Positions 47,736 through 56,671 of a DNA stretch of 64,000 nucleotides are shown here, piece by piece. Numbering within the stretch: position 1 is the first letter of the stretch; the number at the start of each line of letters is the position of its first letter. The notes beneath the pieces were generated by a model. It did not search any database. It saw only the letters and a list, made by a program, of their open reading frames with translations, and was not told the origin of the DNA. A program made the translations under genes and the position numbers. Source of the DNA: Vitreimonas sp. (GTDB lineage Bacteria > Patescibacteriota > Microgenomatia > UBA1400 > PJMF01); NCBI GenBank assembly GCA_035627515.1, contig DASPLQ010000012.1, forward strand, positions 263,269 to 327,268, given 5' to 3'.

Positions 47736-47784
47736 AACAACATCTCCTTTTTTCTATCGTACCAAACCTACTGCAAAAAAGCAT

Positions 47785-48216
47785 TTAATCACTAAACGTA
47801 ATGCTGCGGGTTTTATCAAACACCACGGTAAAGGTTTCAAAAAATGCGTGCCGACCCATCAACGCTGGGATCTTATTATTATTGGAAAAGCCCACCACAA
47901 TTTCTCGCTCCATTTCCCCCACTTTGACACGTAATTTTTCAATAAAAATGTGCGTCTCTTCTCCACCTACACCTAAGGTTTTGATGCGTTGCGCTTGTGA
48001 TAAATCTAAACCTAATAACCCCGCCATATAACGCGGTAACAAGGTGTAATCAGCCCCGGTATCAATTAACAACTTGTGGGATTGCCATTCGCGATAGGTA
48101 TCTGACCACAACAACACAACCGCCATTGGTCGCTGGATGCGGCCTAAATGTTTAGTTTCTGCTGTTTCGAAGGCAAACGTCACAGGAGATGAAGAACGCG
48201 AAAAAGGCCACGGCAT
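47785..48216 (-). CDS. retropepsin-like (clan AA) aspartic protease domain protein
   Basis: LLIDTGADYTLLP contains the DTGA catalytic motif. Confidence 0.5.
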   Translation of the reverse strand: MPWPFSRSSSPVTFAFETAETKHLGRIQRPMAVVLLWSDTYREWQSHKLLIDTGADYTLLPRYMAGLLGLDLSQAQRIKTLGVGGEETHIFIEKLRVKVGEMEREIVVGFSNNNKIPALMGRHAFFETFTVVFDKTRSITFSD

Positions 48217-48483
48217 GGATTAAGCCACTTGAAATGGCAGGGGTAGTAATAAGCCCTTAGGAATCACCGTACTGACTGGTGGTGATTGCGGGTACTTGCG
48301 TTGTAACTTGCGGTACATTTGGATGGCTTTACTCTCATCTGACGTGGAGTACAACCCTTCTGGGCTCTCAATCACAATCTTCCCCTGGTAACGAGGGTTG
48401 CTCCAGGCTTCGGAAATGCTGGTGGGTTTATGATAATTAGTCTGTGCCATCTAGGTGTACCTTACTCTAGTTGACGAAAAAGG

Positions 48484-49584
48484 TCAAGTTTTTGCCTGGG
48501 GCAGCAGTTCAAGACTTTCCAGAAACGCATCCTTTTCTTCCGGTGTTAATAAGTCAAGAGCTTGGTCGGGTATAAAGTAAAATCTCCCGCCATCAAATAG
48601 TACGTGGCCAGTTTCATTTTTTTCACGAAAGTGGCAGGAGGAATGGACAATGAAGTGCCCCGCTTTATTGATTCGCTGCGGAAAAATGAGTTCACACCGA
48701 GTATTACCATCCTGAATATAGTGTGTGGAGACTTTTTCATCATACTTAAGATGACGGACTGCATCCTTAGAAAATGGTGTCATTACCACTTTTTCTACCG
48801 CTGTTTTTCCCTCCCCGACTTTCAGAATAACACCCATGGCAGTCGCGCGGACTGAAGTTGTTTGATTGCCCACCTGTAGTGGATATTGAAAAGCTAACCC
48901 CAACTCATCCGATCTAAAACTTGGCCACTGGCTGGGAATCACCACAGGCTGTAATTGGTGTTCGAAAACAGACACCCCTTCTACAAAAACCTTTAACAGG
49001 CCGGCTTCTTTTTGCCAACTGACTTTTTTGCCATTGAGAAAAACGTCGAAAGCAATTGGGCGAAAAACACAGTTTTGCCTTCTCGCAGTACAGATCGCTA
49101 AGTATAAAAACTCTTGATAGACGTCTGCCCCCGAAGATAAAGATTCTTCTTTAAATAAGTGATAGGTGTGATTTTCTTCTGTGAAAGTGTCCAAATGTTT
49201 AAGCTCAGTCCCATCGCTTATCCCAACGCCTAAAACTGCAATAAAAGCCAAAAAAGTGACACCTATCAAAGCTAGTGTCCATATTTTTTTCCAACCCCGA
49301 GCCAAAAAGAACCAAACAACAGTAATAAAAGCATAAAAATAAAAAACATACACCGGATGAAAGGGCATGGATTCATGCCGGGTATAGGTACTCAGCAACT
49401 GCTGATAACTATCAGTGGTACCAATAAAATATCCTCCAAATGTATCGGGAGGAGTAAAGTACTCCACGTTGAAACGAACCACAATAAACCAGACTAGGAA
49501 CGCCGCTAACAAACCCAAAGCAAGTTTATGGGTAAACCACTCCCGTACTGGCCATTTTTGAAGCATAAAGTGATTTCCTACCAT
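48484..49584 (-). CDS. hypothetical membrane protein (3 N-terminal TM plus soluble domain)
   Basis: ORF hydropathy only. Confidence 0.4.
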   Translation of the reverse strand: MVGNHFMLQKWPVREWFTHKLALGLLAAFLVWFIVVRFNVEYFTPPDTFGGYFIGTTDSYQQLLSTYTRHESMPFHPVYVFYFYAFITVVWFFLARGWKKIWTLALIGVTFLAFIAVLGVGISDGTELKHLDTFTEENHTYHLFKEESLSSGADVYQEFLYLAICTARRQNCVFRPIAFDVFLNGKKVSWQKEAGLLKVFVEGVSVFEHQLQPVVIPSQWPSFRSDELGLAFQYPLQVGNQTTSVRATAMGVILKVGEGKTAVEKVVMTPFSKDAVRHLKYDEKVSTHYIQDGNTRCELIFPQRINKAGHFIVHSSCHFREKNETGHVLFDGGRFYFIPDQALDLLTPEEKDAFLESLELLPQAKT

Positions 49585-49988
49585 CCTTCACTACCGGATT
49601 CTTTCCACATTTTATAACCATCCAGTTCCTCTTCCTGAACTGCTTCTGTGCCGGTAATCTTAAATTTCCAGGCTTTAAGTGTTGTCTCTGAGATTGGCAA
49701 ATGACCAATAGTACTTATATCAATTTTTTTGCCATCTTTGGTTTCGGTAAATGTCGGCTCACCGACAGGTTTTATTTGAATACCATAGACTTTTTGCCCG
49801 TTAATTTCATCAATTGCCAGAACTTTGCCTCTGCTTGGTTTATCATCGGAAAACCCTTTTGAAATATGAAGCAACGATCCCACTTCCAACGCGCTAATTT
49901 GGTTTTGTTGTCGGGACAGCCACTGACTTACGATTAAAATCGTAAAAACTATCCCGAAGCCAATTACTGTAGAAAGATGCTTCTGCAT
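49578..49988 (-). CDS. hypothetical exported protein
   Basis: N-terminal signal/TM (STVIGFGIVFTILIV). Overlaps the next gene by 7 nt. Confidence 0.4.
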   Translation of the reverse strand: MQKHLSTVIGFGIVFTILIVSQWLSRQQNQISALEVGSLLHISKGFSDDKPSRGKVLAIDEINGQKVYGIQIKPVGEPTFTETKDGKKIDISTIGHLPISETTLKAWKFKITGTEAVQEEELDGYKMWKESGSEGW

Positions 49989-50053
49989 GAGTCATATTAT
50001 AACTGGAAGTAGGTTTTAAATGCAGAGATTAGTCAAAGATGTAAGAACCTAGA

Positions 50054-50314
50054 TTAGTACTGATCATGCGTTACTAAGTCAAAGAAAATATATACTTCTC
50101 CATCTTTGATAGCTAAAGCTCTGAGATCACCATCAATCCAAATCGCATATTGCTCAGAACGCTGACCTTTGAGTTTATGAAGTCGCAAGCCTAGGTGGTA
50201 AGGATTTTGTTGAAATAATTGAAATTGTTTCTTTAGTTTTTTGCGTAACTGATCATTGTGAAGTACCAACTTTACGACCTTTTTTTGAAAATCTTGAGTA
50301 AAATGAATGATCAT
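50054..50314 (-). CDS. RelE/ParE-superfamily type II toxin
   Basis: 86 aa. LHKLKGQRSEQYAIWIDGDLRALAIKDGEVYIFFDLVTHDQY matches the RelE/StbE C-terminal pattern. Confidence 0.55.
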   Translation of the reverse strand: MIIHFTQDFQKKVVKLVLHNDQLRKKLKKQFQLFQQNPYHLGLRLHKLKGQRSEQYAIWIDGDLRALAIKDGEVYIFFDLVTHDQY

Positions 50315-50568
50315 AGATTGTCAAAAAATTCATCGGTGTCACTAACAGCTGTAGTTTTTCGTGAACGATATTCCTTTAAAGCCTTCATTCCAGACTGCTC
50401 AGTTTTTGCACTCATTTCAAACACTGGCATAGTGCCATCTCTCAGAAAACTTTCGGCCGCTTTGCTAATAATGAAGCGCAAGGTTTTAGGTAACGAGTAA
50501 CCAAATTGGTTACCATACCCTTCGAGAATAGCTGCTTCTTCCTTAGTTAAAGATAATTGAACTTTGTT
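50311..50568 (-). CDS. cognate antitoxin (start placed at internal Met MNKVQLSL)
   Basis: Overlaps the toxin start by 4 nt. N-terminal QLSLTKEEAAILEGYG is consistent with an RHH/RelB-like antitoxin. The longer ORF to 50652 is possible. Confidence 0.45.
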   Translation of the reverse strand, partial: NKVQLSLTKEEAAILEGYGNQFGYSLPKTLRFIISKAAESFLRDGTMPVFEMSAKTEQSGMKALKEYRSRKTTAVSDTDEFFDNL

Positions 50569-50737
50569 CATAGTATGATAATTATAGTATGAAAGTAGTA
50601 CGAAATCAATGTTTTTAAACAACTTTTTGGCAAACTCACGGTTTTTTGTCAATTTATAATGAATAATTGTGACTTTCGCAAATAATTCACTATTCTTTTG
50701 CTGGTAGAGGATGTGCGAAGCTATTTACTGCATGAGT

Positions 50738-51052
50738 TTAAGACAATACTGAATCAATATATCTAAGCAGCTCTTCGTTACCCTCAAAGGCAATAAAAGA
50801 AATCATAGGAACCTCTTCAACGGCAACATTTTTAGTTTCTTCAATGATAGACTGTTTATTTTTTTCGACGGTGTAAGTTAGTAAATAGGAGTACTCCTCC
50901 ATTCTATTAATCTTCCCTTTCCACCAAAAAGTAGCAGGACCTTGAAGTAAAGTGCCACCAATTATTAACTTTTTATTCAAGAGTGCATTAAGAATACTAC
51001 TTGCTTGGGCTTTGTTTTCAGCACTGATCAAGACTTGGTAATACTTGCTCAT
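50738..51052 (-). CDS. cutA: divalent-cation tolerance protein CutA-like
   Basis: YQVLISAENKAQASSILNALLNKKLIIGGTLLQGPATFWWKGKI matches the CutA1 core. Confidence 0.55.
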   Translation of the reverse strand: MSKYYQVLISAENKAQASSILNALLNKKLIIGGTLLQGPATFWWKGKINRMEEYSYLLTYTVEKNKQSIIEETKNVAVEEVPMISFIAFEGNEELLRYIDSVLS

Positions 51053-51177
51053 ACGAGTGAGTATAACAAATTAATGCTTTGCAGAGTCTCATGAAAGATG
51101 TGGGAATTTGTTTTACTTAAGGTCGCCGAACGCTGTGTGAAAACCTGAGTATGTTTTCAGTAATCAAGATAGATTCT

Positions 51178-52419
51178 CTAGGGATTTTTTCGTTTTTTTT
51201 TGCCACTTAAGCTGGTGATCGCTCGTGCCCGTGCTTGTATTTTTTCGGAAGGTAGAAGTGGCCTCACCCATCGCAAAAGAGTATTTTCTGACACCCCTAA
51301 TTCCTTGGCCAACTGTTGATTAGTGCGCAACTCTTCCGCAGCTAACTTGCCGCCTAAATAGCGATCAATTTCTGCTTCAAGATCGGCGGCGGCCGCTTCG
51401 GCTTCTTTGCGAGTAAACACTCTAGAGCTAGCCATGATTAAACTTTCTCGTTTTTCTCTGATCTCGTCAGGCAAATGATCTAAATGTGCGTCAAGCTGAG
51501 CTTCGGTTAGTGAAAACATGATTTGGAGTTCATCATTCAAGGTCATATGAGTAATTGAGCCCTGTTCAAACTCTCCCAGCTCATAAAGAATAAAATCATG
51601 CAAAGTGGCACTCAGCTCATTTCTGGCTGCTTTCACTGTGTCACTATAAAGATAGTCCCACCCTTCATACAGCGGAATCTTTAAATACGGCTTAACCATC
51701 GTCAGGACCTTACGCGCAAGTGCAGTAGTAATGTTCCATCTATAGCTAGCTCGTCCCAGAATAGCGGGGTGACCCGCAATTTCGACCTCTGTATCAGCAT
51801 CGGTGAGCTTAGTTAATGTCCCTTTATACTCAGCTTGTAAAGCTTCGAGCAAAGCAATATTAACTGAAGTGACCATAATTGATGGATACGAGAAACCGCT
51901 GACTATGTATGGACGAATAAACTCTCGATTGTCTAGCACCCCTGCCAAAAAAGCGGGCTTCTTCACTAACTCTGCATACTGCGCCGCTGTTAATCCCTCA
52001 TAGCGATCAAAACCTTTAAAATCCAATGCCAACTGAAGCTTATCCTCGTCATTGAGCTCTTTCCAGGTTAACATCGCCTCAAGATAAGTTTTTCTCGATA
52101 CCAACCATGGAGCGGCCTTTTCCATCAAGGCAACAGCATCTTTTTCAGTAATACTCCATCGTCTGTCCTGTCTGCTCACGAAACCTTGATAGTAATCAAC
52201 AAGATTGGTAATGACATTGGTGTCTCGTGACTCAATCTGAATTACAGGCTCTGCTGTATAGTAATCACCCAGCTCTTTAGAGAAAATTTTAGCGAAAAAA
52301 ATGCTGCCGCCGATTTCCAACAAACCAGCCACCCACATAGCTCGAAGTTCCTCAACAGTAAGGGGCGGACTTAATGAGCCATCAGGCTGATGAAGTTCTT
52401 GATCATGTTCAACAGACAT
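51178..52419 (-). CDS. putative free-standing double-motif LAGLIDADG homing endonuclease with C-terminal HTH
   Basis: Two LAGLIDADG-like segments (AGLLEIGGSIFFA and AGVLDNREFIRP) and a C-terminal ELGVSENTLLRWV helix-turn-helix. The motifs are divergent. Confidence 0.3.
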   Translation of the reverse strand: MSVEHDQELHQPDGSLSPPLTVEELRAMWVAGLLEIGGSIFFAKIFSKELGDYYTAEPVIQIESRDTNVITNLVDYYQGFVSRQDRRWSITEKDAVALMEKAAPWLVSRKTYLEAMLTWKELNDEDKLQLALDFKGFDRYEGLTAAQYAELVKKPAFLAGVLDNREFIRPYIVSGFSYPSIMVTSVNIALLEALQAEYKGTLTKLTDADTEVEIAGHPAILGRASYRWNITTALARKVLTMVKPYLKIPLYEGWDYLYSDTVKAARNELSATLHDFILYELGEFEQGSITHMTLNDELQIMFSLTEAQLDAHLDHLPDEIREKRESLIMASSRVFTRKEAEAAAADLEAEIDRYLGGKLAAEELRTNQQLAKELGVSENTLLRWVRPLLPSEKIQARARAITSLSGKKKRKNP

Positions 52420-52453
52420 TCGGGTATTATATACCTACACTTTTTTAACCGTC

Positions 52454-52493
52454 GCCACAATCGCTAAGTGATCACTGACGCCATCCTGTAACC
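52454..52493. repeat. 40-bp direct repeat copy 1 (38/40 identical to 53391..53430); encodes a vestigial EEP-nuclease C-terminus
   Basis: gccacaatcgctaagtgatcactgacgccatcctgtaacc. The minus-strand reading gives ...LQDGVSDHLAIVATVKKV*. Confidence 0.6.
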
Positions 52494-52526
52494 CCACGTT
52501 TACCAACTGGGGGTATACTTATTAAT

Positions 52527-53312
52527 ATGTTCGAATTCCAAAGTGCCCCCCCAGATGAACTTCAAATTAAACCTCAGATTGAAAAAGTTACTGAGGATCA
52601 ACTCCTATCAAGGCTAATGGAACTTAGAGGTACTAATGAAGTTATTGTTATCATCGAAGGCGTTCCTACTCCATCAACACTTAAACAGCTAGCTGAGCAG
52701 TTAACATACGAGGTCAGTATTCTGGTAGCCAAAGATCATTCTTCAACCGTCTTTATTCCTCAAGAAGAAAATACAGCTCTCTCCGATACCGATATTAAAA
52801 AATTAGGCTTAGAAAATTATAGTAGCAATGTTCACAACCATCCTGAGGGAGACTGTACGCCCTCTCAGTACGATATGCTTGGGGATATAAGAGACAGCGC
52901 TACCTACTTAGTAATTGCCCGAAATGGTGTTAGTGAAAGAAAATTTTTGCGTGAAGGGTTTACTGACGCCATGTATAACTATGCAGTAAAAACTGAGAAT
53001 ACCCCCTGGCGAGTACCAAATTCTGAGGTTTATTTAGCAGCCTTACGAAATCGAGCTCTCACTATTCTTACTGCTTACTCGGGATTTGCTGAGCTAAGCG
53101 TGGAGGAAAAAGAAAGAGAAATTGGCATATTAGTTGGCGGGGATGATGCTCAAGGATTTCTAGACCATTTCTCCAAGATAGGCAAGGCTGGTTGGGGTCC
53201 TTTAGTCCGCGCTATTGCAGAAAATTCGGCGACACCCATCATAAAGTTCTTTCCTTGGGAAGATGAAGCTACCATTGAGCAGTTGCTGAGGGGGAAAACT
53301 CAACTTGCTTAG
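52527..53312 (+). CDS. JAB/MPN (JAMM) metalloprotease-domain protein
   Basis: NVHNHPEGDCTPSQYD fits the JAMM motif HxHx7Sx2D. Confidence 0.5.
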   Translation: MFEFQSAPPDELQIKPQIEKVTEDQLLSRLMELRGTNEVIVIIEGVPTPSTLKQLAEQLTYEVSILVAKDHSSTVFIPQEENTALSDTDIKKLGLENYSSNVHNHPEGDCTPSQYDMLGDIRDSATYLVIARNGVSERKFLREGFTDAMYNYAVKTENTPWRVPNSEVYLAALRNRALTILTAYSGFAELSVEEKEREIGILVGGDDAQGFLDHFSKIGKAGWGPLVRAIAENSATPIIKFFPWEDEATIEQLLRGKTQLA

Positions 53313-53368
53313 TTGTAATAAATCTACGAATACTTTATCGGAGCTTCATACAAAAGAGACTGATGGAA

Positions 53369-54106
53369 CTACTTCACCCGCTCAACTTGAGCCACAATCG
53401 CCAAGTGATCACTGACGCCATCCTGCAACCTGACCTGTGATATCTGATATTCTGGCGTGCTAAACATGCCATCGACCATAAAGGGCAACGGCCCAGAGCG
53501 ATGAATAACCGGATCGAGCGAAAAAGTATACTCGAGCGGAATATTATCTTTGTACCGCGCCGCTAGCTGGTCAAAAACTTCTTTGCCACGGGGGGCATTG
53601 AAGTCGCCACACATCACCAATTCTGGAAACTGCTCCAACGTTTTGAACAAGAGTTCTAAATGCTGCAGTTGCACTGATGAGGTTTGGCCTTTTTCGGAAA
53701 CCACAAAGTGAAGTGTGGCAATGGTGTAGTCTTGGCCATTTACCTGATAAGTACTGGCAGCTACTGCCCGCCACGTTCCCCCATCACTGTGATGATCATG
53801 AAGCGGCACCGTTTCTCCCGACTTCACATAATAATGAACTGTTTGCTCTTTGGCGGGCAGCCGGCTTAACTGCAGCAACCCCCATGGACCACGTCCAGTT
53901 CCAAAAAAGTATTCATCAGGTTCAGGAACATCCTTTAGCGGTACAAACTGCCCCTCCATACCTAAAGCTGTTTTAAAAGTAGCCACATCTTCTTCAAAAA
54001 CCTCCATCATACAGACTACATCAGGTTGCTCCTGCTGCAAAAAAGGAATAATCTTATCTAGATGTTTATGGCCTTCAATATTGAGGGAGATAAGCTTCAG
54101 TGACAC
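53369..54106 (-). CDS. endonuclease/exonuclease/phosphatase (EEP) family protein
   Basis: LISLNIEG...VVCMMEV...MCGDFNAP...SDHLAIVA. EEP catalytic motifs. Confidence 0.65.
   Translation of the reverse strand: MSLKLISLNIEGHKHLDKIIPFLQQEQPDVVCMMEVFEEDVATFKTALGMEGQFVPLKDVPEPDEYFFGTGRGPWGLLQLSRLPAKEQTVHYYVKSGETVPLHDHHSDGGTWRAVAASTYQVNGQDYTIATLHFVVSEKGQTSSVQLQHLELLFKTLEQFPELVMCGDFNAPRGKEVFDQLAARYKDNIPLEYTFSLDPVIHRSGPLPFMVDGMFSTPEYQISQVRLQDGVSDHLAIVAQVERVK
53391..53430. repeat. 40-bp direct repeat copy 2 (functional 3' end of the EEP gene)
   Basis: gccacaatcgccaagtgatcactgacgccatcctgcaacc. Encodes ...DGVSDHLAIVAQVERVK* of the 53369..54106 gene. Confidence 0.6.
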
Positions 54107-54108
54107 AG

Positions 54109-55134
54109 TTACCTTTCATATCCTAAACTTTCTTTAAATAGTTCTAAATTTTCCAAAGCCTGGCCAATACCTTTGATCACAGTTTGGCCCGGATCATCGA
54201 CAGCAAAGACAGGTACTCCCAAGGCAGCGACCAACTGGCGCTCCAAACCTTTAAACTGGCCTGCTCCACCTGACAAAAGAATCCCTTTGTCGATCACATC
54301 GACTGTTAGTTCCGGTGGGATGGTCGAGAGTAATTTTTTGAGTAAAATTTGGTACTTCTCTAAAACGGGAGTTAACATTGGGTTAACTTTAGCCGCTGCC
54401 ACGGAAACTTCTTTGGGCGAGCTGGTGAGTAAATCCTGCCCAGTGACTAAGATCTCAGTCGTGGCTGACGTATCAAAATTACCGAGCTCTTTTTTTATTT
54501 TTTCTGCCATCGCTTCACTAATCACTAGACCATACTCATCGCGCACGGCTTGTTTAAACAAACCATCTATGTAGATCCCCGCTTGAGTATGAGTTTGATG
54601 GGCGACCACTGATCCTAGTGAAATAATGGCCGCTTCCACTACCCCAGCCCCCACTTGCACGATGAAACTACCTGAGGCATCAGCAATCGGTACACCGGAG
54701 CCAATCGCTGCCGCCAGCGGCTGAGCAATCGTGTATGCTTCCCGCGCTCCCAAACCTGACATGACTTGCGTCACAGCCTGTCTATGCGCCAAACTTGAGC
54801 CAACTGGCACACTGGACATCATGATAGGTCGGAAAAAATAGGGAGTTTGGAACACTTTTTGTAAAAAGACTTTCAACATCGCTTGAGCGACTTCAATATC
54901 AAAAATTTCACCTTTGCGAATGGGGTAATAAATCACAATCCCCGGCCCCACCCGGCCAACCATGGCCAAAGCTTCTTCACCTACGGCCAAGACTTTTTTG
55001 GACCGCTCGTCCACCGCCACGCAGCTGGGTTCTGAAAGAGCAATCCCAGCTTGATCAGTCCAAATCCGAGTATAACTAGTACCTAAATCAATGCCCACTC
55101 GGCGAATAAAGCGATTTAAAAAACTCAATTCCAT
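54109..55134 (-). CDS. mreB: MreB-like actin-family ATPase (rod shape-determining protein)
   Basis: IGIDLGTSYTRIW (phosphate 1), ...VGEEALAMVGR..., DIEVAQAML..., LSGGAGQFKGL. Actin-fold motifs. Confidence 0.75.
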   Translation of the reverse strand: MELSFLNRFIRRVGIDLGTSYTRIWTDQAGIALSEPSCVAVDERSKKVLAVGEEALAMVGRVGPGIVIYYPIRKGEIFDIEVAQAMLKVFLQKVFQTPYFFRPIMMSSVPVGSSLAHRQAVTQVMSGLGAREAYTIAQPLAAAIGSGVPIADASGSFIVQVGAGVVEAAIISLGSVVAHQTHTQAGIYIDGLFKQAVRDEYGLVISEAMAEKIKKELGNFDTSATTEILVTGQDLLTSSPKEVSVAAAKVNPMLTPVLEKYQILLKKLLSTIPPELTVDVIDKGILLSGGAGQFKGLERQLVAALGVPVFAVDDPGQTVIKGIGQALENLELFKESLGYER

Positions 55135-55162
55135 ATGTTTGTAGTTTTGTTATAATAACCTA

Positions 55163-56506
55163 ATGCTTCCCCAGATAAACCCCCGCGTTCTCTATACATT
55201 CCTCTCAGCTGCCATTATCTTAACCGGCACCTTGATTGCGATTCAATACGCGAAGGGTCACTACCGCGTCACCGAAGAGGGCTTCTTGCGAGGCACCGGG
55301 CTATTGAGCGCTAACTCTTTCCCCACTGCAGCTCAAGTTTTTATTGATGACAAGTTGATTACGGCCACTGATGACACGATTTATTTAGATCCTGGCACGT
55401 ACCAAATTAAAATTCTTAAAGATGGCTATTCACCCTGGCAAAAACAAATTCAAATTGAAAAAGAACTTGTCACCCAGACTAATGCCCAACTCTATCCTAT
55501 TGCCCCCTCTTTGTCACCCTTGACCTTTACCGGCGTAGAAAATATTTCACTCTCGCCTGATGGTCAGAAACTGTTGTACTACACGGCTTCCAGCTCCGCC
55601 GATACTAAAAATGGCCTCTATATTTTAGAACTCAGCACCAGTCCTCTTACTCTCCAGCGCGGCTCACGGCAACTGACAGAACTCGCCAGCGGTTTCGATC
55701 TAGCAAACGCCGAAGTGATTTGGTCACCTGATAGTAACGAAATTTTGCTTTCTAGTGGCACCCGCCAAGTGTTATTGGAAGTAGATCAAAAAAATGACTT
55801 GGGTAACTTGCCAGATGTGGGTTTCAAACGCCGCCAAGTTCTCAGTGAGTGGGAAGAGGAAATGTACTTGCGGGAACGTGAGTTTTTAGCTCAATTTCCT
55901 GATGAAGTAATTCATATTGCCACCACCGCTGCCAAAAATGTGTATTTTTCACCCGACAAGAAAAAACTAATTTACACTGCCACTAGTTCAGCATCGTTAC
56001 CAGAAGGTTTGACTCCACCTATTCCCGCTACCAATTCCCAACCCGAGATACGCGCCCTCACCCCCGGCGGTATTTATGTCTATGATCGTGAAGAAGATAA
56101 AAATTTCCAGATTGGAGCTGAAACCAATTCTCAAGAATATAACGATAAAAAACTGTTGGCCACAGATTTATTTGCCCGCTCACCCCGGACTTTGGAAGCC
56201 TCGCCCACTGCTTTCCGTACGCTGCAAGCCACACTCTCAGCCCAAACCGCTCTCAATTTCAATGTCTACCACACTTCCTTATATGCCCGGACCTTACAGT
56301 GGTTAGCTGATTCACGCCATTTGATTTATATCGATAACGGTATTATTAAAGTCATGGAGTATGATGGCAGCAATATTACCACCATCTACTCCGGCCCTTT
56401 TGGTAATAACTTCATGTATCCCTGGCCTGATGGCAGTAAGCTGGTGATTTTGACTAGCTTCAGCCCGCAGTCGCCACCTAATTTATACGCCATTGAGCTC
56501 GAGTAA
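55163..56506 (+). CDS. membrane-anchored PEGA-domain plus PD40-repeat protein
   Basis: N-terminal TM, PEGA-like IDDKLITATDDTIYLDPGTYQIKILKDGY, then LSPDGQKLLY / WSPDSNEILL / YFSPDKKKLIY repeats. Confidence 0.45.
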   Translation: MLPQINPRVLYTFLSAAIILTGTLIAIQYAKGHYRVTEEGFLRGTGLLSANSFPTAAQVFIDDKLITATDDTIYLDPGTYQIKILKDGYSPWQKQIQIEKELVTQTNAQLYPIAPSLSPLTFTGVENISLSPDGQKLLYYTASSSADTKNGLYILELSTSPLTLQRGSRQLTELASGFDLANAEVIWSPDSNEILLSSGTRQVLLEVDQKNDLGNLPDVGFKRRQVLSEWEEEMYLREREFLAQFPDEVIHIATTAAKNVYFSPDKKKLIYTATSSASLPEGLTPPIPATNSQPEIRALTPGGIYVYDREEDKNFQIGAETNSQEYNDKKLLATDLFARSPRTLEASPTAFRTLQATLSAQTALNFNVYHTSLYARTLQWLADSRHLIYIDNGIIKVMEYDGSNITTIYSGPFGNNFMYPWPDGSKLVILTSFSPQSPPNLYAIELE

Positions 56507-56579
56507 TTTGCTCTCATTTGGCGCTGCCGGCTCATCAAGTGATGCAGTATAATTTGGCCTGTTCTCAATAAAATAAGTA

Positions 56580-56653
56580 CGGAGGTTAGCTCAGATGGCT
56601 AGAGCGCGCCGTTCGGGACGGCGAGGCCGCTGGTTCGAGTCCAGTACCTCCGA
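56580..56653 (+). tRNA. trnP: tRNA-Pro (anticodon CGG)
   Basis: CGGAGGT-TA-GCTC..GAGC-G-CGCCG-TTCGGGA-CGGCG-..-GCTGG-TTCGAGT-CCAGT-ACCTCCG-A. Confidence 0.75.
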
Positions 56654-56671
56654 CAGTAAAAAAATAAACAT

